Positions 10,609-21,878 of a DNA stretch of 64,000 nt are shown here, one piece after another. How positions within the stretch are numbered: position 1 is the first letter of the stretch; every line of letters begins with the position of its first letter. The position numbers and the translations under genes were made by a program. The stretch comes from an uncultured Bacteroidota bacterium (lineage in GTDB: Bacteria > Bacteroidota > Ignavibacteria > UBA10030 > UBA6906): the NCBI GenBank assembly GCA_963700635.1, contig CAVOYH010000003.1, positions 1,440,001-1,504,000 of the forward strand, in the 5' to 3' direction. Under the pieces are notes generated by a model that had not been told where the DNA came from, ran no database searches, and saw nothing but the letters and a program-made list of their open reading frames with translations.

Positions 10609-13254
10609 ATGAAGAAGATACTGCTCTTAATGCTCTGCAGCACTTCCCTGTTCTCCATGCCCGCAAAGCGGACCCCAACCGTTGTGTCACAACCCGACGG
10701 GTCGAAGTTCAGTGTGGTAGGCTTCGGGGATGAGTATTACAACTATGCGGAGACTCTGGACGGCTACGTCGTCATTCAAGGGAGCGATAACACCTGGTAC
10801 TATGCAACACTGAGTCCCGAAGGAAGATTTATCCCCAGCAGCTTCAAAATACCGGGCAGCGGTATACAGCCGCGGAATCAAACGGTGATGAATATTCCCC
10901 GGCATCTGGTAGAGTCAAAGCAGGTAATTGCTGAAAAGAGGCAGACCTACCGCGTGAATCACAGGATTTTTGATAATACACTTTACAAAAGTATTCCCGG
11001 GGTACAACGCACAGAGAGTGCGGTAAAGCGTGTCCTGATTTTGTGTGTACAATTTTCAGACTTAGTGGCGACTCAAACAAGTGCAAGTTTTCAGGACATG
11101 GTAAATAATGATAGTTGGAAGAGCGGTATTGGCGGCATGAGCAAGTATTACAAGGACGTCTCCTATAACACCGTTTCAGTACAGGCGGACTATAAGGATT
11201 GGATTACCGCTTCAGGGACATCGTCGTATTATGCGTATAACAACCCATTGTACGGCACGCACATGCAGGAACTTATAAGTCAGTGTATTGACGCAGCAGA
11301 GGCAAGTGGGGTGGACTTTTCGCTTTACGATAACGATGGCGATGGCGCTGTTGATGGACTGTTCGTCGTTCACGCCGGAAAGGGTGCCGAGGAGGGCAAC
11401 CAGACACAATATATCTGGTCTCATCAGGGCAGTCTGGGTGCGTCGTATGCGAGATCGTACGACGGGAAAACCGTAAGCAGGTATATTATCATGCCGGAAT
11501 TGTACGGGTCCAATCATGTTGACATAGGGGTATTCTGCCACGAGTACGGCCACATGCTGGGGTTGCCGGATCTGTATGATACCAATGGAGCTACCGATGG
11601 TGGATCTGAAGGTATGGGCAACTGGTGCCTGATGGCTACCGGGAGTTGGGGCGGAAACGGCTTTACTCCCGAAAGGCCTTCACACATGTCCGCGTACTGC
11701 AAAGAACTCCTGGGGTACACAACCCCCACGGTTGTTGAGGCAAGTCAGGCATTGAGCGTTCCTCTGGCGGAAACAAATTCCTTTTCCTACAAAATATGGA
11801 TGGATGATAACCAGTCTGATGAGTATATGCTCATTGAGAACAGACAGCAAACCGGATTTGACCTCAATCTGCCGGGTTCGGGATTATTGATGTACCATGT
11901 AGACAAGAATCTCGCTGATATCTGGCCGGCCTCAAATGACATCAATGTGACCAGCACACACCTGGGGGTTAAGGTGTACGAGGCCGACGGTCTGGAGCAG
12001 ATGGCAGGAGGTATGAACAGAGGTAATGCGGGAGATCCGTATCCCGGCTCAACCGGAAACACATCGTTATCCTCAAGCACGACCCCCAACTCGGCACTCT
12101 GGAATACGAATCCGAGCGGCGTGGGAATTACCGGTATTTCCGCGTCCTCGGCGACGATGACGGCCACCGCTGTACTTCCGGCGTATTATGGATACAACCG
12201 GCAGTTCTACAGGGAGTTGACCGGAGATTCGTACGGCAATTCATCATCAACGTCCGGGTACGGAATGGTCAGATGTACCCCCACTCATACCGGCAAGCTT
12301 GTGGGAGTCAGGGTGTTCAGTTATGAAAATACCTATACAGCCGTGACTGCAGAAGTCTTTGCCAATTTTAGCTCGAATACACTGTCGACGCAGGTGGGTA
12401 GTTCGGCCAGCGGAGCCTCGGCGGGTGTGGATAATTTTATCCAGATAAACTTCTCACCAGCAATCGATGTAACGCAGAACGTGCCGGTTTACGTCAGGAT
12501 GTTTTTTCAGAAACTCTCGGGCGGACATGCCGTCCCAATTGATGCTACGCCTCCGGCCACCGGGGATTCCTACTATTCCGGTGACGGGACAACCTTCAGC
12601 AATCTGGCTCCGTACGATATTGCCGTGCGTGTTGTCATGCGCGGTAATGCTCCGTTGCCGGTCGAGCTTGCCTCGTTTACCGCAAATACCGAAGGCTCTG
12701 GAGTGACTTTACGCTGGCAGACTGTCTCAGAAATAAACAACTTTGGTTTTGAGATGGAAAAAGACACCGTACGGGCTCAACAGGTGTTTTCCATAATCCC
12801 GGGTAGTTTCATCCGGGGACACGGAACAACGCTGGTGCCGCACACGTACACGTTTATCGATAGCAGCGCCACTTCGGGGAGATGGGCGTACAGGTTAAAA
12901 CAAATTGACCTTGATGGCACCGTGCATGTGTTTGATGCTGTACTGGTCGACTTGAGGTTAACGGATGCGGGGAGCGAACCGGGCGTACCGACGACATTCA
13001 CATTGTTGCAGAACTTCCCCAACCCGTTCAATCCGTCGACGACAATCCGTTACGGTCTCCCCTCTCAATCGCACGTAACGCTGACCGTTTTCAACGCCCT
13101 CGGGCAGCAGGTTGCGCAGCTCGTTAAGGGGGAACAGGGGGCAGGATATCACGAGGTCAGGTTCGATGGGAGCGGGTTATCCAGTGGAGTGTATTTCTAC
13201 AGGATGCAGGCAGAGGGTTTTATGGAGACGCGCAGGTTCCTGCTGGTGAGGTGA
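10609..13254 (+). CDS. M6 family (immune inhibitor A-like) metalloprotease with T9SS CTD
   Basis: QPDGS propeptide, HEYGHMLGLPDLY zinc motif, LPVELASF domain, NFPNPFNPSTTI CTD. Confidence 0.92.
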   Translation: MKKILLLMLCSTSLFSMPAKRTPTVVSQPDGSKFSVVGFGDEYYNYAETLDGYVVIQGSDNTWYYATLSPEGRFIPSSFKIPGSGIQPRNQTVMNIPRHLVESKQVIAEKRQTYRVNHRIFDNTLYKSIPGVQRTESAVKRVLILCVQFSDLVATQTSASFQDMVNNDSWKSGIGGMSKYYKDVSYNTVSVQADYKDWITASGTSSYYAYNNPLYGTHMQELISQCIDAAEASGVDFSLYDNDGDGAVDGLFVVHAGKGAEEGNQTQYIWSHQGSLGASYARSYDGKTVSRYIIMPELYGSNHVDIGVFCHEYGHMLGLPDLYDTNGATDGGSEGMGNWCLMATGSWGGNGFTPERPSHMSAYCKELLGYTTPTVVEASQALSVPLAETNSFSYKIWMDDNQSDEYMLIENRQQTGFDLNLPGSGLLMYHVDKNLADIWPASNDINVTSTHLGVKVYEADGLEQMAGGMNRGNAGDPYPGSTGNTSLSSSTTPNSALWNTNPSGVGITGISASSATMTATAVLPAYYGYNRQFYRELTGDSYGNSSSTSGYGMVRCTPTHTGKLVGVRVFSYENTYTAVTAEVFANFSSNTLSTQVGSSASGASAGVDNFIQINFSPAIDVTQNVPVYVRMFFQKLSGGHAVPIDATPPATGDSYYSGDGTTFSNLAPYDIAVRVVMRGNAPLPVELASFTANTEGSGVTLRWQTVSEINNFGFEMEKDTVRAQQVFSIIPGSFIRGHGTTLVPHTYTFIDSSATSGRWAYRLKQIDLDGTVHVFDAVLVDLRLTDAGSEPGVPTTFTLLQNFPNPFNPSTTIRYGLPSQSHVTLTVFNALGQQVAQLVKGEQGAGYHEVRFDGSGLSSGVYFYRMQAEGFMETRRFLLVR

Positions 13255-13598
13255 CCGCCATCGGTGGGGTAAAGACGAAACTCAGCATTCACTCCATACT
13301 GAGCCTGGGCCGACAGCCCACCTTGACCATGACCCTCTTCAGGGATCTTGCGCCTTTGCTTGCGCTGTGTTATGTTGTGCCATCGGTGCCTGATGGCTAC
13401 ATTTGACTGCGCGCCGCAGCTGTGGACCCTGATCCAGAACTCCCCGTCGTAGAGCCCCTCCAACTGCCCCATGGCCCCGAGCCACACAATGTCCTGATGC
13501 CCCTCTGAAACCGGGACCAGAAGGTCCGGGAGGGAGAGGCCAGTCATCCCCCCCGGTGAGTTCTTGAAACACGTTGAACCGCGGCGAGGTCGCACGAT

Positions 13599-15287
13599 AT
13601 GCCTGCAGGGGAATCCAGCGTAATACTCGGGCTTGTGCTCTTCTTGCTTCTGACAACCATGCCCCCCTGTGTTTACACCCAACAATCAGCCCTTTCTTTC
13701 GAAACTCTTCCCATTGATCAAGGCGCCCCCACGCACGTCTCCTGTATACTCCAGGATAGAACCGGCTACATGTGGATCGGCACATGGAGTGGATTACATA
13801 GGTACGATGGGTACGGTTTTGTGACCTACAAGCACAACCCTGCGGACACTTCCAGTCTGGCACACAATGCGGTGTTCACACTCTATGAAGATAAAGCGGG
13901 CGTCCTCTGGATCGGTAGCCCCATTGGACTTGACAGACTTGACCAGGCAACCGGCAGATTCAAGCACTATACCCCGAATCCGTCCATTGCAGAAAACGAC
14001 TCAAGTAACAGGATTTCGCAAGTCTATGAAGGGCGCAATGGTGCTTTCTGGGTCGGCACAGGATTTGGCTTACGCATGTTCGATAGGAGGAGTGGAGAAT
14101 TTTTACCTCTGAAAGAGGATACCTCTGATGCCGGAAGCGTTCCTGTAGGGAGTATCTATGAAGACAATGAAGGGACGCTCTGGGTCGGAACTGCCACAGG
14201 ACTGGCCAGGTACGATACGACAACCAGAACGTTCATCTACTGCTGGAGTGATCCAGGCAACAGGCAGAAGTTGTGGATCAATAGTCCCTCCGTGCACTGG
14301 ATCAATTCAATTTGCGGAGATGAAAACGGTAGATTGTGGTTAGGGACAAATGGGGGCCTGGTTGAATACAACCTCAAGGAACGCACATTTCTCACATACC
14401 GTTATAGCTCGGCGGATCTTCTTAATCCGCAACATCCCGAAAACCGTATCATCTCGATGTGCCAGACTGGTCCTTCGGAACCACTCTGGATCGGTTCCCG
14501 TTCCGGGCTATTCTCGTTTGACAGACAATCAAAGACATTCACCCACCAGCTCGATCAAGGAGTGACTTCTGTCTGCGGCGAACGATCCGGTACGCTCTGG
14601 GTGGGGATGAATACGGGGATCAGGAAGCTTAACCGTCCGCGACACTCGTTCATTAAGGTCCCCATGGGTGACATCGCCTGTGCCCTCGTCAACGGAAATG
14701 CGGAGATCATATGGGTATATGCCTACAAGAAAGGAGGGTGGCTACGGTTTGATCTGAAAACCTCACAATTCGTTCCATACGCTTTCGGAACTGATTACCT
14801 TTACTATGCATATCCCGGAGGTGATCTATCATTTCTCAAAACTGACGGCAGTTTTTATATATGTGATACTCTGGGGAAAGAGACATTCTCGCTGGGCCCG
14901 TCTTCCAGGAGCTTTAATCACTCGTTTTCATTCGGCTGGAAGACCCATCGGGGGTACTATGTCGGAACCCACGGGGGTGGTCTGTATCTTTTTGATCCTG
15001 AGACCCGGGGTGTTACAGAAATCAGGAAAGTGAAACAGGGTATCTATTATATCTACGAAGATACATTCGGGCTCCTCTGGGTTGCCAGTCATGGGGGTGG
15101 ATTGTTCTCTTATGATCAGGCAAACAACACCTTTGCCGATGATGTTGGTGTGCGAAGAAACCCGTCAGGAGTAAGCGGGAGAGAGATTAATCAGATCTAC
15201 GAGGATGCGAAGGGAAGAATATGGTTCGCCACGAGCGCTGGTTTGGACCGCTATGAGCGCTCAACCAACGGTTTCACATGTTCCTGA
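13599..15287 (+). CDS. Two-component-regulator beta-propeller protein, truncated (no Y_Y_Y or kinase domain)
   Basis: Repeated ED..G.LW.GT..GL blades; ends abruptly in mid-propeller. Confidence 0.75.
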   Translation: MPAGESSVILGLVLFLLLTTMPPCVYTQQSALSFETLPIDQGAPTHVSCILQDRTGYMWIGTWSGLHRYDGYGFVTYKHNPADTSSLAHNAVFTLYEDKAGVLWIGSPIGLDRLDQATGRFKHYTPNPSIAENDSSNRISQVYEGRNGAFWVGTGFGLRMFDRRSGEFLPLKEDTSDAGSVPVGSIYEDNEGTLWVGTATGLARYDTTTRTFIYCWSDPGNRQKLWINSPSVHWINSICGDENGRLWLGTNGGLVEYNLKERTFLTYRYSSADLLNPQHPENRIISMCQTGPSEPLWIGSRSGLFSFDRQSKTFTHQLDQGVTSVCGERSGTLWVGMNTGIRKLNRPRHSFIKVPMGDIACALVNGNAEIIWVYAYKKGGWLRFDLKTSQFVPYAFGTDYLYYAYPGGDLSFLKTDGSFYICDTLGKETFSLGPSSRSFNHSFSFGWKTHRGYYVGTHGGGLYLFDPETRGVTEIRKVKQGIYYIYEDTFGLLWVASHGGGLFSYDQANNTFADDVGVRRNPSGVSGREINQIYEDAKGRIWFATSAGLDRYERSTNGFTCS

Positions 15288-15567
15288 GAAACCGGACTCG
15301 CCCTGTTCTTTCTTGCTTATGCAAAACTACCCGAATCCGTTCAATCCCGGTACAGTCATCGGCTACCGATTACCGGAAAACTGTGCAGTGCGCCTTATAG
15401 TATTTGATATCCTGGGTCGCGAAGTGGCAACGCTGGTGAACGAAAAGCAGGTACCCGGAAATTATGAAGTCACGTTCGAAGCAAAGAACCTTCCAAGCGG
15501 TGTATATTTCTATCGACTGATAGCCGACGATTTTGTTCAAACACGCAAGCTCGTCGTATTGCATTAA
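15271..15567 (+). pseudogene. Orphan T9SS CTD, out of frame with the upstream propeller ORF
   Basis: VSHVPEKPDSPCSFLLMQNYPNPFNP...SGVYFYRL...RKLVVLH. Confidence 0.75.
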
Positions 15568-15772
15568 TCGTCGTGTTGTGAGTTCGATCACGCGAATTCC
15601 ACCGGACGCCAGAGTCAGCATATATCCACTTGATTGTCACGAATCCCCGCAGTATCTTTTGAGGGTTGCGCATCTCCCGCGTCGCCGGTTCCTCCGACAG
15701 ATGGACGGCCTCTGTCAATTGATGTGAGCGGCGTACGTGATCCCCAGTTCTTCATCCGGAACATTTCCCAGC

Positions 15773-16096
15773 ATGATTACGTTCATAAAAACCCTTCATA
15801 CGGTCATCTGGATCGTCATGACGATGGCAGTCCTGTACATCGGATATTCTGTGTTCAGCATGAAGTTTGATACGTTGTTCTATATATCGCTGTTCCTGAT
15901 TGTCGGAGAAAGCCTCGTCATCATGATAAATTCCTGGAGGTGTCCGCTCACGAACATTGCAAAACGTTATACTGACGAGAATACTCCTAACTTCGACATT
16001 TATCTTCCAAGAACCGTCGCAAAATATAACAAAGAGATATTCAGCACGATCTTGTTTTTCATCCTCCTGGTGTACATTTACAATTCTGTTATGTGA
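15773..16096 (+). CDS. Small membrane protein
   Basis: Three hydrophobic segments; WRCPLT..A.RYT...NFDIYLP motif; AT-rich. Confidence 0.7.
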   Translation: MITFIKTLHTVIWIVMTMAVLYIGYSVFSMKFDTLFYISLFLIVGESLVIMINSWRCPLTNIAKRYTDENTPNFDIYLPRTVAKYNKEIFSTILFFILLVYIYNSVM

Positions 16097-16187
16097 ATGT
16101 GACGTACATTCGTGATACTTTGAAAAGGCCCAGGATCGTCCCAGGGCACGTGGAAGTCAGCAAGGGAGCCGGGAGGATGCCGTGAGG

Positions 16188-17654
16188 CTACGAATTGAAT
16201 GGCGTGTGCTCGCTGAATGGGGATTGCCCGGACCTCATGGCGGCCAGCAGCTCGTTGTTGACCGGATAAAGGCGGATCAGCCCGAGGGATATCAGCGAGA
16301 TTAGCGGTCCGACGAGCAGGGTCACGGCGCAGAGCCTCCACAGCGTCTCCGGCGACTGCACGATCTCCTTCCCCGGTTCAAACCCGATGAGCGCAAGAGT
16401 GTAGCCGCTGGCCAGCACGGCAAGTGAGATGGCGAGCTTCTGTGAAAAGCTGAACACTGCCGCGTACGCACCATCCTTGTTTACCCCTGTCCTGAGTTCG
16501 TTGATTTCGGACACGTCGGCCATCATCGAGGTTGACGTGGGGAAGATTATGCCGTTCCCCATCCAGTAGAGTCCGTGAAAGATCGCAAACACGATAAACG
16601 CAACCGGAACGGTAAACGAGAAGGCCATGACGGACTGTCCGGGGACAAGTATCCCCGGAAGAAAGAGAGCAGCGAGTAGAAAATTACATCCGACGCTCAA
16701 CAGTCCTCCAAACACGACTGCCCCCTTCTTATCGAACCTCTTTGACAGGGACGATGCTACCAGCGATCCGATACCAAAGCCGATCATTGAGCCGCTATGG
16801 ACGATGGTCTTCTCAACACCGCCGAACCGCATAAAGTGTTCGTAGAGGTACATCTGGAGCGAGCTGACGAGCGCGACCCCGATGGTCACGACGACGGCGA
16901 ATCCGAACACCATGCGGGGAAAGGGATCGGTGACGATCTCCCGCAAATCCTTGACCAGCCCCTTGATAGTGTTTTCCCCCACTGTCATGAGGCGGCTGTC
17001 TTTGATATGTTTTCGTGTCAGTACCACGACCACGAGGACGCAGAGGAGCGCGAACAGGGCGAAACTCGTGCCCATGGTCAGGTAGTTTTGTTCGACAGAT
17101 GTTGCGCGGACAAGGTCGTTGTTCGAGAAGAAGATCGCCCAGGCCAGTCCGGGGCCGAGAGTGTTCGCGAGCATATTCATTGCCGAGCGGATCCCCTGGA
17201 GGGTGACACGCCCCTGGTAGTCGGTACAGATCTCGAAGCCCAGGGCGACGAACGGGACATAAAACGCTGTGACTGCTGTCCGTTGGAGAAGGTTGATCAC
17301 GACGAGGTACCAGAACAGCAACTGCACGTTGCTCGTGAAGACGGACGGAACGTACCACAGGAAGAAATATGTGGCGATCATGGCGAGCCCCCCCCAGAAC
17401 ATGTACGGGTGGCGCCGGCCGAAACGGCTTCGTGTGTTGTCCGTCAGGTGCCCCATAACCGGATCGGTGATCGCATCCCAGAAGACCGCTACGGCCATGG
17501 CAATGCCGGCATCGGCATGCTTCAGACCCAGGGCGTCGGTGTAATAGAGCATGGCGAACCCGAACAGCGAATTCATGACGATAGAATTGGCGCATTCACC
17601 TATGGAATAGCCGAGCATGCTGGAGCGGGAGCATGAGAGTGACGGTGTTGGCAT
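16188..17654 (-). CDS. GPH-family (MelB-like) MFS sugar:cation symporter
   Basis: WDAITDP.MG..TD.TRSRFGRRHPY and MMADV motifs. Confidence 0.9.
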   Translation of the reverse strand: MPTPSLSCSRSSMLGYSIGECANSIVMNSLFGFAMLYYTDALGLKHADAGIAMAVAVFWDAITDPVMGHLTDNTRSRFGRRHPYMFWGGLAMIATYFFLWYVPSVFTSNVQLLFWYLVVINLLQRTAVTAFYVPFVALGFEICTDYQGRVTLQGIRSAMNMLANTLGPGLAWAIFFSNNDLVRATSVEQNYLTMGTSFALFALLCVLVVVVLTRKHIKDSRLMTVGENTIKGLVKDLREIVTDPFPRMVFGFAVVVTIGVALVSSLQMYLYEHFMRFGGVEKTIVHSGSMIGFGIGSLVASSLSKRFDKKGAVVFGGLLSVGCNFLLAALFLPGILVPGQSVMAFSFTVPVAFIVFAIFHGLYWMGNGIIFPTSTSMMADVSEINELRTGVNKDGAYAAVFSFSQKLAISLAVLASGYTLALIGFEPGKEIVQSPETLWRLCAVTLLVGPLISLISLGLIRLYPVNNELLAAMRSGQSPFSEHTPFNS

Positions 17655-17886
17655 CGTATGGTCCTGTATGGGTGCAGCAGGGAAGATCGGAGATCGTGGC
17701 TGTCGGAAGATAGAGGAAAGAATTGAGGAATGCGAGTACAGAACATGGTCCGTACGGTGAATATCTTGCATATACACTTTCTCTGGCGTATGTTTCCGGC
17801 ACACACTTCGGTGCCTGAAGGGCCCACAGCGCGACCCGACCCATAGTCCGGGAACAAGCCATCCTCACTGTTGACGGGGAATAGCT

Positions 17887-19997
17887 GTGAATTCGTTCAT
17901 CGGTCAGACAGTCTCCCACTACAAGATTCTCGAGAAAGTGGGCGAGGGCGGCATGGGTGTCGTCTACAAGGCCGAGGACACTCGTCTTGAACGGCCCGTC
18001 GCGCTGAAATTCCTCCCGTCAAACCTCACCGGCGACAAATCGTCGAATGAGCGGTTCATCCATGAGGCCAGAGCCGCTTCAGCGATCGACCACCCGAATA
18101 TCTGCACCGTCTACGAAATTGACGAGACCCAGGACGGTCAGATGTTTATTGTCATGGCCTACTATGAAGGCGATACCTTAAAAAAGGAAATCGAGCGTGG
18201 GATAGAGGATTGTAATCGGGCTGTTGACATCGCCATACAACTGTCTGATGCACTGGCATTAGCCCATCAGAAGGGGATTATCCACAGGGATATAAAGCCT
18301 GGCAACATTCTGATGACCAAGGGGGGACAGGCGAAAATAGTCGATTTCGGTCTGGCAAAGCTTACCGGGCAGGCAAGGATGACCATGACCGGCACGACTA
18401 TGGGTACGACGGCGTATATGTCGCCCGAGCAGTTGCGCGGGGAGCAAGTGGATCACCGCTCGGATATCTGGTCTCTCGGTGTGGTCTTGTATGAGATGAT
18501 AACCGGGAATTTGCCCTTCCATGCAGAGTTTTCGGAGGCCATTGCCTATCAGATCCTGAATGAAGTGCCGAAGCCTGCAACCCCGTGCCGGGGCGAAATC
18601 CCACCCGGGCTGCAACGAATCATCCAGAAATGCCTTGAAAAAGACAGGGAGCTCCGGTATCAGAGTTTCGAGGAGATCCTCGCAGATTTTTCTCGCTTGC
18701 GGGGCACTCCTGTCGGCTGGAGACTTGCCTGGAGCATGGCAAGGAGTCGTCTCTGGTCTTCATGGGTCACAAAGGCAGCCGCTGCCGCCCTCATCATCGT
18801 TGCCGCGCTTGTCGGAATCTCCCGATTATTCCCGGGCGCCGAAACAGCGATTGATTCGATCGCCGTACTTCCTCTCGAAAACCTCTCCGCCACCGCCGAT
18901 CAGGATTATCTGGCCGACGGTCTTCACGAGGCATTGATCAGTGACCTGGCAAGGCTCAGCGGATTCCGGCGGGTGATCGCCCGGTCGTCGGTTAAACGGT
19001 TCAAAAATACGATGTTGTCCCCCCGGCGGATTGCAGATGAACTCGGGGTAAGGGCGATTCTGACAGGGACGGTGTTATGCTCGGGCAGTGATATTCGGAT
19101 TACGGCGCATCTGATTGATGGTGTAACAGAAAATACAATCTGGTCTGAACGTTACGACCGTACCTTCAAAGACCTCCTCTCCCTGGAAAAAGAAATTGTT
19201 GAGGGGTTGACCCGGGAAATCCAATTGCGGCTTACGCAAAAAGAGCAGACTGGCCTCCGGGTTCCGCGCGCGGTAAACCCGGAAGCCTACGAAGCGTATC
19301 TCCAGGGCGCGTTCTACTGGCGAAAACAAACACGTCGGGTGCCGAACAGGAGTTCAGGCAGGCCATTGAAATTAATCCCAACCTTGCTGATGGGCATTTC
19401 TTCTACGCAGATCTTCTCATCACGCTCGGGCGGTCCGGGGAATGGGAGGTGGAAAGTCAGCGCGCGCTTGAACTTGACCCGCTGGATGACTTCAAGAGAT
19501 GTTTTTACGGCTGGCACCTGAATTATGTGGGCAGGTACGACGAAGCTATCCCGATATTCCAGAAACTTCTGTCTGAAGGTCCGAACAAGGCGTCGAACTA
19601 TCTTGGTCTCTGGGGCGCTTATTACAGAAAGAAGATGTATGGTGAAGCCCTGTCTGCCGCGAGGGGGTACTTTCTTGCGGTTGGTGATAAAGAATTCGCA
19701 GATTCGCTTGGTGCAGGAGGGGATGAAGCGACGTATCGCGAAAAAATGGAGCGCACCGGCGAGATCATGGCGGTTCGATCCAGGGATAGGCACGTCCCGG
19801 CAATCCGTATCGCAAGGATGTTTTCCCACGCGCGAAACAACAATTCAGCGATTCACTGGCTGGAACGGGCTTACAAAGACAGAGAATCTCCCATGATGCG
19901 CCTCGGCGTCTACTGGGATTGGTATGAGCTTCACCCGGACCCGCGGTTCCAGGATCTTCTGCGGCGGATGAACCTTCCGGCGAGCAAGGCCGGGTGA
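17887..19997 (+). pseudogene. Ser/Thr kinase-TM-TolB-like-TPR protein, frameshifted near 19330
   Basis: GEGGMGVVY, HRDIKPGN, DFG and YMSPEQ motifs; SIAVLPLENL; TPR part continues in another frame (SGAEQEFRQAIEINPN...DPRFQDLLRRMNL). Confidence 0.8.
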
Positions 19998-20060
19998 CGC
20001 AGGCGGAGTGTGCCTGTACGAATCGTGTTGCCGGCATCCCGGGAGCAGGATAGAATTATT

Positions 20061-21083
20061 ATGACAGCGGTCGTTCAAAACAGATACGGCTCACCGGACG
20101 TCCTCGAGATCAAGGAGATTGACAAGCCGGTGGTCGGGGATGATGAAGTCCTCGTGCGCGTACGAGCGGCTTCGATCCATCCGGATGTATGGCATGTCGT
20201 GAGTGGGCGGCCTTATGTTCTCCGCCTGATGGGAGCTGGATTCTCCAAACCCCAAAACCCAATTCCCGGTACAGACATGGCGGGCATCGTCGAGTCCGTC
20301 GGCAAGAGCGTGACGCAGTTTAGTCCGGGCGACCCGGTATTTGGCGAGACGACTGTCACCCATCAATGGATCCACGGTGGCGCGTTCGCCGAGTATGTGT
20401 CCGTCCATCAAGACCTGCTGGCGCTGAAGCCGGACAACGTCACGTTCGAGCAAGCCGCCTCCGTCCCGACATCCGGGTGCATCGCTCTACAGAACATCCG
20501 GGGCCTGAGTCAGTGGCGGCCGGGGCAGAAGGTATTGATCAACGGTGCTGGGGGCGGGGTAGGTGCGCTCGCCCTGCAGATCACGAAGGCCTACGGCGCG
20601 CACACGACCGCTGTGGATTGCACGAGCAAGCTGGGCATGCTCCGCTCACTCGGGGCAGAAGAGGTCGTCGACTACACACGGGAAGACTATACCCGGCGTG
20701 GCGTTCGCTATGACCTCGTCTTCGACGTTCCGGGGAACTATCCATTCTCCGCATGCAGGCGTGCCCTCAAACCTGACGGGAGATACGTACTCATCGGGCA
20801 TGAACGTTTTGGTGCTTCAGGCAAGCGCATGTTCGGACTCATCCCCCATTTTCTCAAGCTTACGGTCCTCTCACGCTTCGTGAAGCAGCTGCGAGATCCG
20901 GGCTTACCGATACCCACCCAAAAGGAAGCGATTGCCGTCCTCAGGGAGCTCCTCCAAATCGGGAAGATCACACCGATCATCGACAGCACGTACGGCCTCA
21001 GTGAGGTTCGCGAGGCTCTCCGGCACTTGATCGAAGATGAAATCCAGGGAAAGGTGATTCTTAATCCGACAGAAGCTGTCTAG
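20061..21083 (+). CDS. NAD(P)-dependent MDR alcohol dehydrogenase / quinone reductase-like
   Basis: YGSPDVL, PGTDMAG.VE.VG and NGAGGGVG motifs. Confidence 0.9.
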   Translation: MTAVVQNRYGSPDVLEIKEIDKPVVGDDEVLVRVRAASIHPDVWHVVSGRPYVLRLMGAGFSKPQNPIPGTDMAGIVESVGKSVTQFSPGDPVFGETTVTHQWIHGGAFAEYVSVHQDLLALKPDNVTFEQAASVPTSGCIALQNIRGLSQWRPGQKVLINGAGGGVGALALQITKAYGAHTTAVDCTSKLGMLRSLGAEEVVDYTREDYTRRGVRYDLVFDVPGNYPFSACRRALKPDGRYVLIGHERFGASGKRMFGLIPHFLKLTVLSRFVKQLRDPGLPIPTQKEAIAVLRELLQIGKITPIIDSTYGLSEVREALRHLIEDEIQGKVILNPTEAV

Positions 21084-21201
21084 GGGGCCGATGGAGTGAG
21101 GAGGATTCACTTTCGCTCAGCCAAGTGTGGCCAAAGTTGTTGTTCCAATTCGACTGGATCTTCGGGGGATAGATGATGGAATCTCCAATGAGTTTCAATA
21201 T

Positions 21202-21330
21202 TACCGTCTTAGCAGTAAAATGAATGCATTGAGAGTCGGAATTACTGCTATAAGAAGATTATGCTTGACATAGTACTGCTAAAGCAGTATTATTTTTGTA
21301 TAGAAGTCCATCCATACTGCCATAACGGTA
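21202..21330 (+). promoter_or_regulatory. sigma70-type promoter with palindromic operators upstream of hipB
   Basis: TTGACA (21265) - 17 bp - TATTAT (21288); TACYGY-N4-RCRGTA sites at 21202, 21274 and 21315; half-site at 21243. Confidence 0.75.
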
Positions 21331-21334
21331 AATA

Positions 21335-21580
21335 ATGAACTCGATCAAAGAGATAGGCAAGGTTACACGATATCACAGGAAAAAGGCAGGCTTGAGTCAG
21401 CAAGAGGTTGCCAGGCTTGCCGGAATCGGCAAGACGGCCGTCTTCGACATTGAGAAAGGGAAGGAATCGATCCAACTCGACACGTTGTGGAAGATCCTTC
21501 GGGTTCTGAATATTACAATCAAGCTTGAAAGCCCTCTCATGGAAAAATATTCCAAGGAGGCCCTCGGTGAGACAGGCTAG
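21335..21580 (+). CDS. hipB: HipB-like Xre HTH regulator
   Basis: RKKAGLSQQEVARLAGIGKTAVFDIEKGK HTH; first gene of the operon. Confidence 0.88.
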   Translation: MNSIKEIGKVTRYHRKKAGLSQQEVARLAGIGKTAVFDIEKGKESIQLDTLWKILRVLNITIKLESPLMEKYSKEALGETG

Positions 21581-21878
21581 GGTGTTTGTGAAGGGAGTCC
21601 AAGCGGGAGTACTTGAAGAACTCAAGCGAGGGACGGTGTACGTGTTCAAGTATCTTGAAAACTATCGTGGCGACCCAGTCTCACTGACCATGCCGGTCAA
21701 GCTGAAAGAGATACGATTTGATGGCTTCCCACCCTTCTTTGATGGGGTTCTTCCGGAAGGAACCATGTTGAAAGGTCTCTTGGTTCAGCAGAAATTAGAC
21801 AAGGATGATTTCTTCGGTCAACTCATTGTTGTCGGAGAGGACCTTGTTGGTGCAGTCACCGTCGATGAAATGCCATGA
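21567..21878 (+). CDS. hipS: HipS-like protein (stand-alone HipA N-terminal subdomain)
   Basis: PVSLTMP...FPPFFDGVLPEG...GAVTV motifs; GTG start with AGGAGG RBS. Confidence 0.85.
   Translation: MRQARVFVKGVQAGVLEELKRGTVYVFKYLENYRGDPVSLTMPVKLKEIRFDGFPPFFDGVLPEGTMLKGLLVQQKLDKDDFFGQLIVVGEDLVGAVTVDEMP

Noticed and set aside
13260-13598. Possible gene remnants in intergenic DNA (also 15570-15740, 26200-26400, 50270-50460)
   Set aside because: The stretches look coding-like, but I cannot recognise any family.
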